Source: Veleropilina oligotropha (taxonomy: Eukaryota). From it: a DNA stretch of 64,000 bases. Below are positions 27,101-40,437 of the stretch, in pieces. Position numbers and translations under genes: made by a program. How positions within the stretch are numbered: the stretch's first letter is position 1; each line of letters starts with the position of its first letter. The stretch lies in NCBI GenBank assembly GCA_048128005.1, contig JBEUKZ010000139.1, positions 1 to 64,000 of the forward strand, written 5' to 3'. Under the pieces are notes generated by a model that was not told the DNA's origin, ran no database searches, and worked only from the letters and a program-made list of their open reading frames with translations.

Positions 27101-30100
27101 CTAAGAAACCACATTTCGCTACTTTACATGTATGGAGTATTCTTGCTTTCTCTGACTGGAAAGCTCTGTATCTTAACTACTCACTTCCTCATGGCGTGGT
27201 ACATCGTGTAACACTCATGTAATCGGCCCACGCCGTCGTTAAACATTCGGTTCCATTCTCGTTTAGCTTTTCCTGAAACCCAGAAAAATATTGAATAATA
27301 AAAATACAGGGGATTACAAAAGAAATATTCAGTTTAAAAATGCAATAAACCAAAAATATATAAAATATTAATAATCACGACTTAGGCTTTTGTAGATAAA
27401 TTATCGTAGTGTATAAGTAATAGGCCCTATATCAATTTCCAGATGTTCCTTGTGCACACCCCTTAATCGTCACACAGCATCGGACTAGTCAAATTGTTGC
27501 CAAACACGCCTAATATAAGTTGTCGGACGACGTCGCGGTGAATACGGTGGATTGAATACTGAATAAAGTTAAACCACGAGGCGCTAGCGCCAAGTGGTTT
27601 AACGTTATGAGGTATTCAATCCAACGTATTTACCAAGACGTTGTTCGACAACGTATTTATCTTGATTTCTTACCGTGAGGCATCATTAACAGAGTCTCGA
27701 TTTGGTTCATATTCATAACACAAGTTTGTTATTTATGATGATAGCAGCCATTTGCAAATCAATCGACAGTTTCAGTAAGGCCGAGTTATTTCCCTTGACG
27801 GCCAGTTAGCCAATCAGAACAGTGGATTGGCGTCACTGTTGTTTATGGGTCCATAAACAACGGCTGGTCGGTGTTTACGGTCAGTTAACAAAATGACGTC
27901 AGCCAATCAGAACACAGAATACGCGGCGAAATCAAGATAAGCATAATTATGATGATCAACACCAACCACGGATGTTGTGATACGTTGTTTCAGATCATCT
28001 AAATTAACATGAAGGGTGGGAGGGATTGGGTCAGGGGCGAATACCGTGTCGTTGACAAATCATCCTAATAAAAGGTGACCAACGAATGAGTGGCATGTTG
28101 GTGGTTGTTGCTCGGTCAATATATTTATGTCGTTGATTTGCATGGAGACACTTGAGCATCGGGCGTGAGTTCGAATCTTTGGCTGAGCATTCTTCAGTTC
28201 AGTTAACAGACATAGTTGTCCATACTTGGCCGGTTATGGCGGGTTTTCCGAGTCACCGAGATTTCCTTCCGCGATAATGTGGACATAATTATCTTGGTAT
28301 AAATCAGATTGAATGTTGTTAAAAACGAGTCATGTATCATCTATCCAAACTGCATAATAAATATAATTCATTTAAATTTTTATTTTGCTCATTAACCTTG
28401 TTTATTACTACCGTCATCGATTTTGACGCTCAACCATCGTCTGTTTCGTCACCTGTATGTAAAGTCCAATTTCAGTAACAATGTTGTTCCGAGGTGCCGT
28501 GATAAGCTCTCTGGCATTCGATCACGACGTGACCGTCCGCGATAGCTCAAATGGTTAGAGCATCGGAAAAACGTTATGTGGGCCGTTAGGATGTGGGTCC
28601 AAGCCCGCTCCGGCCTGGCTCATTCTAAGGCTTAAAACTAATAGATGGCATATCTCTAATGCATGTCGGTCAGATCGGAGTGAGACCTTAAACCGGGTGT
28701 CCCGACCGCGTTAAGGCTGAAAAATTGCCAAAGGGATCGTAAAACAAAGTTGTCAACTCAACTCAATGGTTATTACTATACATTGACCGATCCACCGTAC
28801 GGTGCAGGGGCGGATCCAGGGTGGTCCATGGGGGTCGGACCAAGTGCCCTTGACCGATCCACCCGACGATGTAATGGATAATAGCGCGTGCAAGACGTCG
28901 GTACCCAGCTCCTGGACTATAATTATGCTCTATATGACGGTCTGATCGAAGAGAGACGTTAAACTGATTTTCGCGACGGCGAAAAGAGTGAAAAATCGCC
29001 AAAAATGATCGTGAAAGAAAGTCGTGCGCCATATTAGGCATGGCCAATGCTGGAAGTTGCAAAACACAAGGTTTTAGTGAGCTACTGTTTAGATGTATCT
29101 TTGCATCAATGGATAATGCCTACCGTCATAAACGTCATCTGGACTCGAGGTCGTCATTGAACTTTCTGTGCCAATTTCCTTATCTGAAAGATAAATAGGA
29201 AATAGTAAACCTACATTTACATAGTCTAACAGACGACAGAGATTCCAATTTGCAATAATTTAATTAAGACAGACTACTGTTAACTCCATAAATGTTACTG
29301 AGTGAGGATTCACTTTCACTCCTCCTAACCCAGCGCATTCGGTACGAGTGTTGCCACATTATGCATGGATGATTGGTACCAAACAGGGGCGGACCCAGGA
29401 TTTTGACAATGGGGGGTCCAAGTTTCCTCAAATATACTATCTACTGCGAAAGAAAATTTTGACAATCAACAGGCTGAAACCTCCTCTCCTGCACTCTGAC
29501 AGGGCGAAAGCGATATTTCTTACCAGCAATTGTGAACCATTTTCACTAAAATGTATGAGTAATTTTTTCATTTTTTCTCAATCCAACACATTGAGATTTT
29601 TATTGGTCTAGGCAAAAGGGCATTTGGTCTGTCAATAGGTGGGGGGGGGGGTCCGACCCCCACGGACCTCACCCCCCTCTTGATCCGCCCCCGGCATATA
29701 AGCAAGTATATTTGCATGACTAGGCCTACTTAGGCCTATTATTGTCTTGTTTTCACAACAAGGGGCGACCAGTAATGTAGTGATAAGCTTGTGGCTCCGG
29801 ATGCGCTCACTTCACTGCGACGATTAACTGGAGTGAGATCGAACCACCGGCGCTGTAGCTTCATCAATTAACAGTCGCAGCTGTCCATATCCGGCCGGTG
29901 CGCGATATTAAGATTAGCATCAATCCAAACCGTACGAAAACTTTATTTGATGACAAACGGTGACTGTTGTCGAATTATGCATGAATTGTAAACCGCCGTG
30001 TATTAAAATTAAATTAAAAATGGTAACCGGCGTATGAAAAAATGAGTTTGTTTTATTGGCGGTTCGCTCTTTCTAATTATACATACCGTGGGCTTGATAT

Positions 30101-31428
30101 CAGAACAATAGGAATGTGAGAGCAAGGTTCTTCATTGTTTAGGGTAATTACCCACACAATGAGATTCCTTTGAGTGAAACCCAGCAGTTGGGTTTAACAA
30201 TAGACTGAAAAGGTGTGAATGGAAGAGCCCACTGTTTTGATAAATATGCGCACGGCCTGTTATCATGGGCAATACCATTTGTAACGGGTTACAGCACGAT
30301 ATTTACAATTGATTATCATGGCATGTATGACAAATATTAACCTGCTACCCCACGACGATATCGGTCTTCGTCCAGCGTGGCAAGTTATAATTTATTACTT
30401 ATATCTTGTGATAATTTGAGTCGTTATTAAATCTGGTTCTAACTTGTGTGTATGTTCTTACCACGGGTAACGTCTTTTGCCGGATGGATTTCCCCTTGAA
30501 TCTGGTAATCATCAAATCTCACCCTGAAATGCAATATTAAATGGTAACATCAAAGGAAAATAAAAATAAAGCTGCATTGAACCTCTATTTGGCAGCACTC
30601 GTGAGAACTGCCATCGTAAATACTTGAACAAGCATGAATCCAATGTTGTCTTGGAAGATGACGACATTTCACAGTATCCTGGTGTACAGTAAAACGATGG
30701 ACGAAATGTTTAAGGACAATAAATGAATCTGAAGCGGGATATATGGCTAGGAGTTCGACTATCTAATTAATTATTATATATTGTACCAGGGATCCGCAAT
30801 TTGACATGCGCGTACTATTCTTAATTTATATTAATGATCTAAATAATTTTTACATTGTTATATTTTACTTGGGCCATACTAACAATCCAACAAACTCCTG
30901 AAGAGCTTATACATCCCGCAATTAAAAGAATTAACAATTGAGAATGAGGACATATTGCTTCAGTGCTAGTCAATGCAGCTTTCGGATGCATGTTTAAATG
31001 ATTTAATTTGTGGGATTAATTAAAAAGAATATTTTAACAAAACATGATTTAGGCTATTGTGAAGCGAGCATCAAACGAACCAATATCTTCATCGCTTAAC
31101 AAACTGCTTTAAAATTATACGACATGGTTCCTATTCCTAGTCGCAATTTCACAAGCATGCACTGAGCCAAGGTATATTTAATTGATATGATGCTAACAAC
31201 GAAGGAATACATTGTAATAATTAGTTTCACAAAAAACCCCAAGATATAAAGTATAAATATATAGTGATATGTTGAGAAACGCATTATCGTCGTTTAACAT
31301 TATTATTTATCTGAATTACTAGTATATCAAAACCATGTACACAAAACGGTTGATGTTGTATAATGAAGCTAGAGTTCTTACCTTTTTTGTTCCTTCTGGT
31401 GCGGTTTATTTAGAACACCCCGGTACAT
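24101..31428 (-). CDS. Spliced gene, ~825 aa, uncharacterised Ser/Thr/Lys-rich disordered protein with an N-terminal coiled coil; coding exons 31428-31382, 30523-30462, 29183-29124, 27272-27185, 26321-24101
   Basis: 727-aa ORF plus four upstream exons with GT/AG sites and compatible phases (2,1,1,2), giving a stop-free 2478-nt frame; internal ATSSGS repeats; extra exons cannot be excluded. Confidence 0.72.
27514..27940 (+). mobile_element. Terminal-hairpin element, family 3 (intronic)
   Basis: Hairpin ~27519-27652, core CCAC-GA-GGCG-CTAG-CGCC-AA-GTGG; inner TTATCTTGATTTC inverted to the end GAAATCAAGATAA. Confidence 0.75.
28090..28345 (+). mobile_element. Older SINE related to family B
   Basis: GAGTTCGAATC B-box, then GGCGGGTTTTCCGAGTCACCGAGATTTCCTTCCGCGATAA, similar to the family B centre. 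Confidence 0.6.
28532..28764 (+). mobile_element. tRNA-derived SINE, family C
   Basis: TAGCTCAAATGGTTAGAGC A-box and (CAACT)n tail; near-identical copy at 37750-37966. Confidence 0.85.
29384..29693. mobile_element. MITE with CAGGGGCGGA-type TIRs (a further end fragment lies at 28805-28860)
   Basis: CAGGGGCGGACCCAGG ... TGATCCGCCCCCG. Confidence 0.75.
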
Positions 31429-31550
31429 GTCATTATCAAACTGCAAAGGAAATAAATAAATCACACGTTATGATAGCCAAGTATGTTTACCTTATGAGAC
31501 AGTACGATGCTGTAACCAAGAGACAATGCCGTGAATAGCTGTACATGCAA

Positions 31551-31585
31551 TGACGTCATGAGGATGTCATTGCGTTATGACGTCA
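31551..31585. promoter_or_regulatory. Paired CRE palindromes (TGACGTCA) upstream of the putative first exon (~31540-31491)
   Basis: TGACGTCA at 31551 and 31578; the same pair occurs at 44162/44189 and 49715/49742. Confidence 0.7.
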
Positions 31586-31625
31586 TTCATACATTGCTTT
31601 AAGCATATCAATATTAGAAAGAGTA

Positions 31626-32839
31626 ATAGAATCAAGCACCACATTGAGTTCCAGATAAGGAAATATCAGTCGAGGGTGGGATGGTGCAACAAATCACAAC
31701 CGAGGCGTTAGCCGAGGTTGGGATGTTGCACCATCACACCCGAGACTGATATTTCTCTATCTGGAACTCAAATGTGGGGCTTGATTATTTTTCTCGCAAC
31801 TCAAAAAGCTTGAAAAAGTTATTTTCATGTGTTTACCTTGCGTATTCAAATAACCCAATCACTCACCCGTAGTTCTTCCGACGCAATCAAATATAATCAC
31901 GTACTTATGGAATAAATATTTATTCAATTCTTTAGTATTATTAAATAATAATAATTGTAAAATATTTAAATTCATAACATATGGTAATAAAAAGCTCGAA
32001 CTATCGCATTGACACTATATGCATGAGGTGATGTTACTTTTTAAGGCTCGATATTTGTTTACCTTGCATACCAGTACGAGTATTAGAAAAGCCCAATCGC
32101 TCACCAGCTGTTCTTCTGACGCAATCAAATATAGTTCCGTATTTATGGAATAAATATTTACTCAATTTCATTAGTAACTTTAAAATATTAGTAATTGAAA
32201 AAGTCGACAAAACGCTATATATTTAAAATCATAGCGTAGATTAAAAACGTTAGAACTATTGAACTGACAAGAAGTGACGTCACTTTTCAGAGGCAATGTT
32301 GTCTGTTTATAATTTAGTTGCTGTCGATCTGCGTGTGACTTATTTTCCAGCAATTCTGACAGAAGTGTTTGTGAAGCGTCGATCGATCTGTAATTATGTT
32401 CGTATTTGCTGCCATACGCTTCATGGTGCATTTAAATTTGTTTACATCAAGCGGACAATTTGCAAACTAAGGACGTGTTTTGCCGGGATTTTCACGGAAT
32501 TGTGTCCGCTATGTAGAATGAATTTTCAGCGTTGGAGTAGCTATAGTCTGCAGGTCTAAACTTAAAGCCATGGTAAGTTTTGTAGATAGTTATGAGACAT
32601 CGGTGTGGTGTAGCGTACATGCGTGGTTGAGTGCGATATAGATATTATAGAGAGATGTTAGCCTCAGTACGTGGGGTTTTTACGTTTCGATCCGCCATTT
32701 TTGTTTCCAAACATTGCAGACGACGTGCGTCGGAATACAAACTGTGCTAGACAGCATTTGCGTATGTATACCAAGTGTGCTAGATATAATTTTCCAGCAC
32801 CGGTAAAAAATGGGATCAGTCTATCTCAGGTGCGAGAAA
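31626..32839 (+). mobile_element. Terminal-hairpin element, family 4
   Basis: Hairpin ~31630-31786, core ACC-GA-GGC-GTTA-GCC-GA-GGT; inner TTTCTCGCA inverted to the end TGCGAGAAA; absent from the paralogous site at ~44225. Confidence 0.8.
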
Positions 32840-32954
32840 TAATGATGAAGTTTAGTCTGTATTTATACAGTGCTAAATTTTATACTGAATTTTATTCGTT
32901 ATTGTTGCTGCTGATCTGCGTGCACACTTTTGGATGTTTTGGACCGTGTTATGA

Positions 32955-33410
32955 GTTCGAGAAGGGCAGTCGACACCATCCACAAAACTACAGACCAATG
33001 TCATTAACCGGAATCTGTTGCAAAACGCTGGAGCACATAATATTATGTAATCACATCGCCAAACACTTAAAAACGTACAATATCTTAACGCAATACCAAC
33101 AAGGTTTTCGCCAAGCAAGATTCTGCGAAAGTCAACTAATCACAACGATGCATGACATAATGAAGGAATGGACCTCTAACATCCAGCTAGACATAACAGT
33201 CTTGGACTTTAGTAAATTGTTTGACACCGTACCACATGACCGACTCCTCCTTACTCATTATGGTATTAGTGGCAACATCCATAAATGATTGACTACATTT
33301 CGTGTCGTGACTAGAGAGTGGTCGTGGAAGGGGTTTACTGTGATCTAGTACATGTGTAATCCGGAGTACCCCAATGCACTGTGTTTGCTCCTTTCCTATT
33401 CGTTCTGCGC
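32955..33410 (+). mobile_element. CR1-group LINE reverse transcriptase fragment (decayed)
   Basis: KGSRHHPQNYRPMSLTGICCKTLEHI, QQGFR...CESQL, LDFSKLFDTVPH. Confidence 0.88.
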
Positions 33411-33429
33411 ATTGACGACCTCTCAAGCA

Positions 33430-33725
33430 ATGTAGAACAGTGAGTGATAAAACGAATCGATCGATGCTGAACACCATAGGGACTGAGATGAAGTTAAGGA
33501 GGATGGCACTCAGAAAGATTGGGGGCTACTTCGGTCATGCAATGCGACGTGAGGGATCGACAAAGAAATGATACAAGGTTCGGTCGAGGGAAAGAGGAGA
33601 CAATACAGCCGTCAACATTATGGGCCAGAGATATTAAGGAATGGACAGGACTAGGACTGGCTGCGGCGTCAACAGCAGCCATGAACCGTGAACGATGGCG
33701 GACGATAATGGGAGCCACAACAGGG
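33430..33725 (+). mobile_element. RTE-type LINE 3' fragment
   Basis: WARDIKEWTGLGLAAASTAAMNRERWRTIMG resembles RTE ORF C-termini; a degenerate YFGH motif lies upstream. Confidence 0.7.
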
Positions 33726-34169
33726 CTTAGTTTAAAGGTATTTATTTGTAAATGTTTTACAATAGGATTGGGTAAAACAGTTATGAAACTGATCGGTGTA
33801 CCCTTTCCTCAAAGGGCTATTAGCGCCACCTGACTGAAAGAGAGAGAAGAGGGGCCCACCCTTTGGGTCCAACACGGACAGTTCGTATCAAATTGTAAAG
33901 GTTGGACCCTCCCCCATTCCAAATGACACAGGATTTATGTGTGGGTCATGGAAAAATAGTGTTTGGTGATGTGACATGAAAAAATTACACAACTCTTTGT
34001 AGTACTCACATAGTTTGGTGATAATGAATCATAAATCTTATTGGTAAGAAATACCACGTTTTCACTCTCATAATGCAAAAGATGGGATTATAAATTACTT
34101 AAAATTAACTCAATCGAACCGTGACAAGTATACTTCCTACAAAAACAAACTAACTCATTAAGTTCGAAA

Positions 34170-36125
34170 TATAAATCTAGATACCATGCCGAACGATTTG
34201 AACGCACGAAAGAAGACCTCAAACAAACATGAGTATAAATCAAACGTATATTTAACAAAAACAGAACTAAATATAATATATCAAAGACATTCATTCATAA
34301 AGATAAAACTGTATCTGATCCAACAGAAATTAGCCTGTCATTTAATGACTATTTTATTGGACCAACTTTGGCGACATCTATTCTCAAAGTGTCGCAATCG
34401 TTCTCCATTTTCCTAACAGGAAATTGCACAGATTCCTATTACTTTTTTTCTACTGACAAAGTTGAAATTGAAATTATAGGAGTGAGATTAAAAGGTGGAA
34501 AAAGTACAGGGCATGACGATATATCGTCTTCAATAATAAAAAAATCATTGTCAAGTATTAGCAAACCCCTAGCACATATGTTTAATCTCTTTCTCTCACA
34601 ACAGGTATTGTTCCTGATCAAATTAAAATAGCAAAAGTGAAACTGATATTTAAAAGTGGAGACAACAAGTTATACACCAATTATAGACGAATATAAGTAC
34701 TACCATGTTTCTCCAAAATTCTAGAAAGATTAGTTTATAACAGATTAACAATATGGATTTCGACCAAATCATATATGGCACTAATTGAATTAGTTGATAA
34801 AATTTCCTTAGGTATCGATAAAAAAGAATTTACTGCTGGCATATTAATTGACGTCTCTAAAGCATTTGACACCATTGATCATACTATAATGTTAAAAAAG
34901 CTTCAGAATTATGGTATACGGGGAACTCAGCTTGATTGGTTTAGGAGTTACCTGACAAATAAACAACAATATGTAATATATGGAAACTGTAAATCGGATA
35001 CTAAACCGGTCAAGTGTGGTGTTCCACAAGGACCAATACATGGTCCTCTATTATTTATATTTTATGTAAATGACATGTGCAATTCGTCAACATTAATGAA
35101 AATTATATTATTCGCAGATGATACAAACATTTTCTTTTCGCATGCAAATCTAGAAATGCTGACAAAAACAATTAATTCTGAGCTAAGAAAACTCAGTATT
35201 TGGTTTAAAGCCAACAAACTATCACTGAATATAAAAAAAGACTAATTATATCATTTTTTGTAACAAAAGGTGTAAATGCATAACAAAAATATTACCTTCA
35301 AAATCGACGAAACAGTTATATCGCGAGCGTCAACGACTAAATTTCTAGGAGTTAAAATTGATGATAATCTTGATTGGGCTATTCATATTTCTCATATAGC
35401 TAATAATATTACAAAAAATGCAAGTATAATCAATAGATTAAAGACATATACTTATCATATTGTAATATCATTTGGCCAGTACTTACGAATCACGATTATA
35501 TCCACTATTTTGCATACAAAAACGTGTTATAAGAATTATAAGTCGTTCCAGTTATCGTGCTCATACCAATACCTTATTTAATGCGCTTGGTCTCCTAAAC
35601 ATATTTGATCTGAATAGATTTCAACAGGCCAAATTCACGTTCTCCTAACACAGTCATATACTACCTCCATGTTTTATTATTATTTCGTACCGAATAATGA
35701 ACTCCATGAACACTACACTAGATCTAGAAAAAACTATCACACTAACAGCTATCGCACAAACATCAGAAAGTATACAATTAAAATTACTGGTCCAAAACAT
35801 TTGAATGCTTTACTCGTGTCTATAAAACAATCACGCACTTTGCATATCTTTCTACGCACAATTTACTAATTACATGATATTTATACATTAACACTTGGGC
35901 TGAACATAAACAATTGAATGTCGACCTACTCTTTTACATCGATCAGCATCACATTTATGTAACTTTATTAGTATGTACCCATCGCTACTTTGATTTCATT
36001 TATTAATTATAAATATGAAAATAGTAGCCTGTCGCCTCACAAGCGTCACGGGGTTTCTCACGGGGTATATATTTAATTGTAATTTGTATCTTATAGGCTA
36101 AAATAAATCTTCATTGATTGATTGA
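34170..36125 (+). mobile_element. L2/Crack-like LINE, decayed RT and 3' end
   Basis: IDVSKAFDTIDH, CGVPQG, LFADDT, WFKANKLSLN, KFLGVKID; AATAAA plus (ATTG)n tail near 36100-36125. Confidence 0.9.
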
Positions 36126-36168
36126 AGAATAAGTTGAAGAGATCTCCGACGAACAAACACGGGTTGTA

Positions 36169-36742
36169 CCACAGGGGCTCGTAACGTTGCTTGTCGTTCG
36201 TCTGTTTCCGTTTGACGATTGGCGCAGTTCATTGTTACTATATAATATAGACAAGGGAGGACACTAAGGATTGAACACATGATGCATCATTACGACATTT
36301 CACTGAATTATTTCATTTGTCAAAAGATGTTGGTTGGATAGTGACCAATGACCAGCGTGTGCTGCTCTCTACTCGATAACATGACGAATAAATTAAAATT
36401 ACGCGTATCTAACACTCGGCGTTGACACTATCGATAACTAGGTTGTTCAACAAACAATATATTGAAAAATGAACTTACATACCTCTTGCAAACAATTACT
36501 AAGTCTCTCTTGCAAACAACAACTAAATAAACGGGACACATATGATCCTTCTTCCCGAATTTCACATATTCGAACCAACATCTTTTGACAAATGAAATAA
36601 TTCAGTGAAATGTCGGGATGATTCATCATGTGTTGTCCCGTCCTTAGTGTCCTCCCTTGTCTATATTATATAGTAACAATGAACTGCGGCAATCGCCAAA
36701 CGGAAACAGACGAACGATAAGCAACGTTACGGGCCCCTGTGG
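36169..36742. mobile_element. MITE with long (~170-bp) terminal inverted repeats
   Basis: CCACAGGGGCTCGTAACGTTGC... is the reverse complement of ...GCAACGTTACGGGCCCCTGTGG; identity extends to ~36337/36570. Confidence 0.88.
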
Positions 36743-37034
36743 ATTTTACAAGACAGATCGAGGCACCCGTGAACATCTGGTCAGCATCAGGCTCATTATG
36801 GAACAATGCAAAGAGCATATAACATTCCATTCTACATGGCCTTCATAGACTACTTCAAAGCCTTCGACTGTGTCGGCCATCAACAAATCTAGAGCATCAT
36901 GGGAAACTCGGGTTTCCCTAACACCTCGTGAATTTGCTTGTGAGACTCTATCAAGATCAAGGGTCCTTGCAAGGACAAGTTATGGGCTAACGAAGCGTTT
37001 CAATAGGTGTGAGGCAAGGATGCAATGAATCACC

Positions 37035-37270
37035 GAAATTTTTGGTTAGTTGGTTGGCAACATTATTTTACGACCACTTTTGGCAATTTTCCAGCCTTGT
37101 CGTATTCGGGACACCCGGTTTAGGGTCAAATTCCGATCTGACCGACATATATTAGGGATATGCCTTCTATTATTTTAAGTGGCAGAACGGACCGCTGCTG
37201 GTTTCGAACCCAGGACCACCTGACAGCTTCGGCTAAGAGTCTGCCGCGCTAACCACTCACCCACCGATGC
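37035..37270 (-). mobile_element. SINE related to family C
   Basis: Minus-strand GGTTCGAAAC B-box; body shared with 28532-28764. Confidence 0.7.
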
Positions 37271-37426
37271 TGCTGTATAACATATATTCGGAAAACATCA
37301 CGACTGACAGCAATGAAGGAGTTAAATTTGGAGGGGAAAAATAACGAATCACCGTTTTGATGACGCGCTAAGCACTCTCCCATCGATGCTGCTGTATAAC
37401 ATCTATTCGGAAAACATCATGGCTCA

Positions 37427-37618
37427 CAGAGGGGTGAGAGGGGGAGAGGGGGGGAGAGGGGGAGAGGAGGGGAGATGGGGAGAGAAGAGGGGGAGAGAAG
37501 AGGTGGGAGAAGAGGGGGAGAGAAGAGGGGGAGAGGAGGGAGGAAGAGGAGGGAGGGAGGGGAAGGAGAGGGGGGAGGGGGGAGAGAGAGGGAGAGGGAG
37601 GGAGAGAGAGAAGAGGGA
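37427..37618. repeat. Polypurine (GA-rich) low-complexity tract
   Basis: Almost pure G/A sequence. Confidence 0.95.
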
Positions 37619-37749
37619 CACAACTTTTGAGCGCCGCGGTGACAGTTCATATCAAATTTTCAAAATGACACAGGCTTTAGGGGTGGGTCGTGAAAAAAAT
37701 GTGTCATAAATATTAACGTTTTGTAGTACTCATATACAGTAGTTTGGTA

Positions 37750-37966
37750 CCGCCGTCGATAGCTCAACTGATTAGAGAATCGAAAATACGTTATGTGGGA
37801 CGGTAGGATGTGGGTTCAAACCCGCTTCGGCCTGGCTTATTCTAAGGCTTAAAACTAATAGATGGCATATCCCTAATGTATGTCGGTCAGATCAGAGTGA
37901 GATCTTAAACGAGTTAAGGCTGAAAAATTGCCAAAGTGGTCGTAAAACAAAGTTGTCAACTCAACT
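37750..37966 (+). mobile_element. tRNA-derived SINE, family C
   Basis: Matches 28532-28764; TAGTTTGGT on both flanks is a probable TSD. Confidence 0.85.
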
Positions 37967-38006
37967 TATATAGTTTGGTGATAAAGATTCATAAATGTTA
38001 GTGAGA

Positions 38007-38470
38007 TGATGTTATCAGTATTGTGTGGATTCTGGCACGTCGGAAACCTCGAGTGACGTCGTAGTTTTTGCGGCGGATTAATCGCGAGAACGAAGTTATG
38101 GTAATTTTAGTCACGAATCTGTAAGGGAGGTTGAAATAGTATAGGACTATTGGAAGTAGTTCCAACGATTTGTCAGCCATTTTGAATATATAAGCAGGAG
38201 ACGTTTTCTGAATCGATATCAGCTGTGTCCGTGATACAGGGTCTCGGAAAACTGCGAGAATATGTGTCAGAAAACGACTGGCATATAATAAAGATATATA
38301 ACATCTAGACATTCTAAATATTCAGGGGAATAAATAGAAATGCAATTGACTTTTAGACATTAACCAATACTATGATATTTACTTCGTTCTCACGATTAAT
38401 CCGCCGCAAAAACTACGACGTCACTCAAGGTTTCCGATGTGCCAGAATCCACACAATACTGATAACATCA
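38007..38470. repeat. ~90-bp inverted repeat pair (38007-38097 / 38381-38470), MITE-like
   Basis: GATGTTATCAGTATTGTGTGGATTCTGGCAC... and its reverse complement. Confidence 0.8.
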
Positions 38471-38689
38471 TGATAGCATCTAGACATTCTAAATATTCAT
38501 GGGACTATTAGTCCGACTAAATAGAAATGCTATTGACTTTTAGACATCAACCAATAAAATTAACTTTACCATTGGACCAAACGTTGGTTTAATCCAAAGC
38601 GCACTAAAACTAACTGTACTATATAGATCTACCAATATTACTAGTCCCAATTCGATTGTGGATAACGAACCATTAACTGCTATTAATAT

Positions 38690-38842
38690 CAAAGCAAGAT
38701 AAATACGTTGTCGAGCAACGTCTCGGTAAACACGGTGCATTGAATACCTTATAACGTTAAACCACTCGGCTAGCTCGTGGTTCAATGTCATGCGATATTC
38801 AATGCACCATGTTTACTGCGATGTCACTCGACAACTTATAGC
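38690..38842 (-). mobile_element. Hairpin end of a family-3-related element, minus orientation
   Basis: Reverse complement aligns with 27514-27665; core CCAC-GA-GCTAGCC-GA-GTGG. Confidence 0.7.
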
Positions 38843-40437
38843 ATTAAAACATAACAACACATTGATTATTTACATATATGCAAAAGTTAAGCCAAATTAT
38901 GTCACTTCATCCATCAGTTGAAACAAAATTTCGAGATTTAATACGATCACGGAAGGGTTAAACAGTTTTTACACATATAAATAATGGCTGATCGACATCA
39001 AATCACCGCACCATGTCATAAGACTAATGGCAACCAGCTAATATCCTATTGTCTATTAACGGAAGTATTGATCGCCATAGGCATACATCATTATCAGCAA
39101 ATACCCGTGCAGCTAGGCACAATTTGGATACAAGCATATGACATATTGGAATTTGCCATAATCTGAAACGGTGCAGAACAAACAAAATGATGATATGCTT
39201 GATGGTAACGACATAAATTGTCAGTTACTAAGTCATAACACTAAATGCTCTCGGTTGTGGCTTGTTCTATTAACGGTCACAGTTGTCCATAACTGGCTGT
39301 TAAAGGGGGATGTGAGGTCAACAAAACAGAAAACAGAACAACCAGAAAACAGCGATCTAAATAATGCAATGAGCAAAGAAAACCCACAAAAGTCATTAGA
39401 AAGGAGATAGGCCCATCAAAATCAAGAGGAGATAAAAAAGAAAAGTCTTAAAAGTTATCTTTACAAATGCCCAAACTGTAATGAATGAACAAGGGGAACT
39501 AGAAACACTAATCGATGTACACACCCCAGATGTGTGGACAAATAGTAACATAATATGAAGGCTGCCGAATTAAATGTATTTGGTTGCAAATCATATAGAG
39601 AGGATATAATAGATACGTTAAATGGCAGAGGTGGAGGGGTATTACTATACATCAAAGATGAATTAAATTATGTTTCAAAATGATGCGATGATTTCAAAAT
39701 AAAATATTTCAAAATTCACTTTGATGCGAAATAATGTCCAACAATAAAAAGATTCCACAATTGTCGGTATTTTTTACCGTTCACCAAATATCACTGATGA
39801 GAATGGTGCAAACTTAAACAGTATATTGGAAAATGTGAGTAACTCTAAGGTAAACGCATTAGTATGGGAGACTTTAATTACCCACATATAAATTGGAAAA
39901 AATGGCATAGTAAGTGGGAAAACAGGAAACAACAGTGTTATTTCCTGTTTTACTTTTAACAACGATGCAAAATGGATTCATGCACCAACATGTGGATTAC
40001 CCGTCTATATAGGCAATAATGTGTTACATTTAGTGTTTTTCATTGAGGTAAATACGATGCAAAACATTAACAGAATTGAAAAACTTGGAAGTAGCGATCA
40101 TGATATGATTGAATTTCAGCTACTCACAAAAACAACTGTCAAAACTGGCAAACAACAGATACCAGATTTTCGAAAAACAGACTTTGACATAATTAAAGCA
40201 GATCTCCGAAATATAAACTGGGAGGGAATTGAAAACTTAAATGCTAAAGAATGTTGGGAGGCTTTTCGAAATAAAATCGAAGAAATAATGAAAAAGAAAT
40301 GTTCCATTAAAGTGTGGACGCAAAAAACATTCACCACCATGGTTATCCATGAAGGCAAGAAAAATTCTTAGAAGGAAATATAAACGTTGGAACCGATACA
40401 GAGAGTCACACGACCAATATAATTATAAAGAAGTAAA

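Larger units (their letters stand above)
36125..37420 (+). mobile_element. RTE-type LINE RT fragment, interrupted by a MITE and a SINE
   Basis: GF..DRGTREHLVSIRLIMEQCKE, FIDYFKAFDCV, GVRQGC, LYNIYSENIM across frames. Confidence 0.75.

Noticed and set aside
28395..30210. Extra candidate exons near 28410-28452 and 30090-30205
   Set aside because: Splice-like sites exist but the required phase contains stop codons
37386..37709. Gly/Glu/Arg-rich and Pro/Ser/Leu-rich ORFs
   Set aside because: Translations of a polypurine tract
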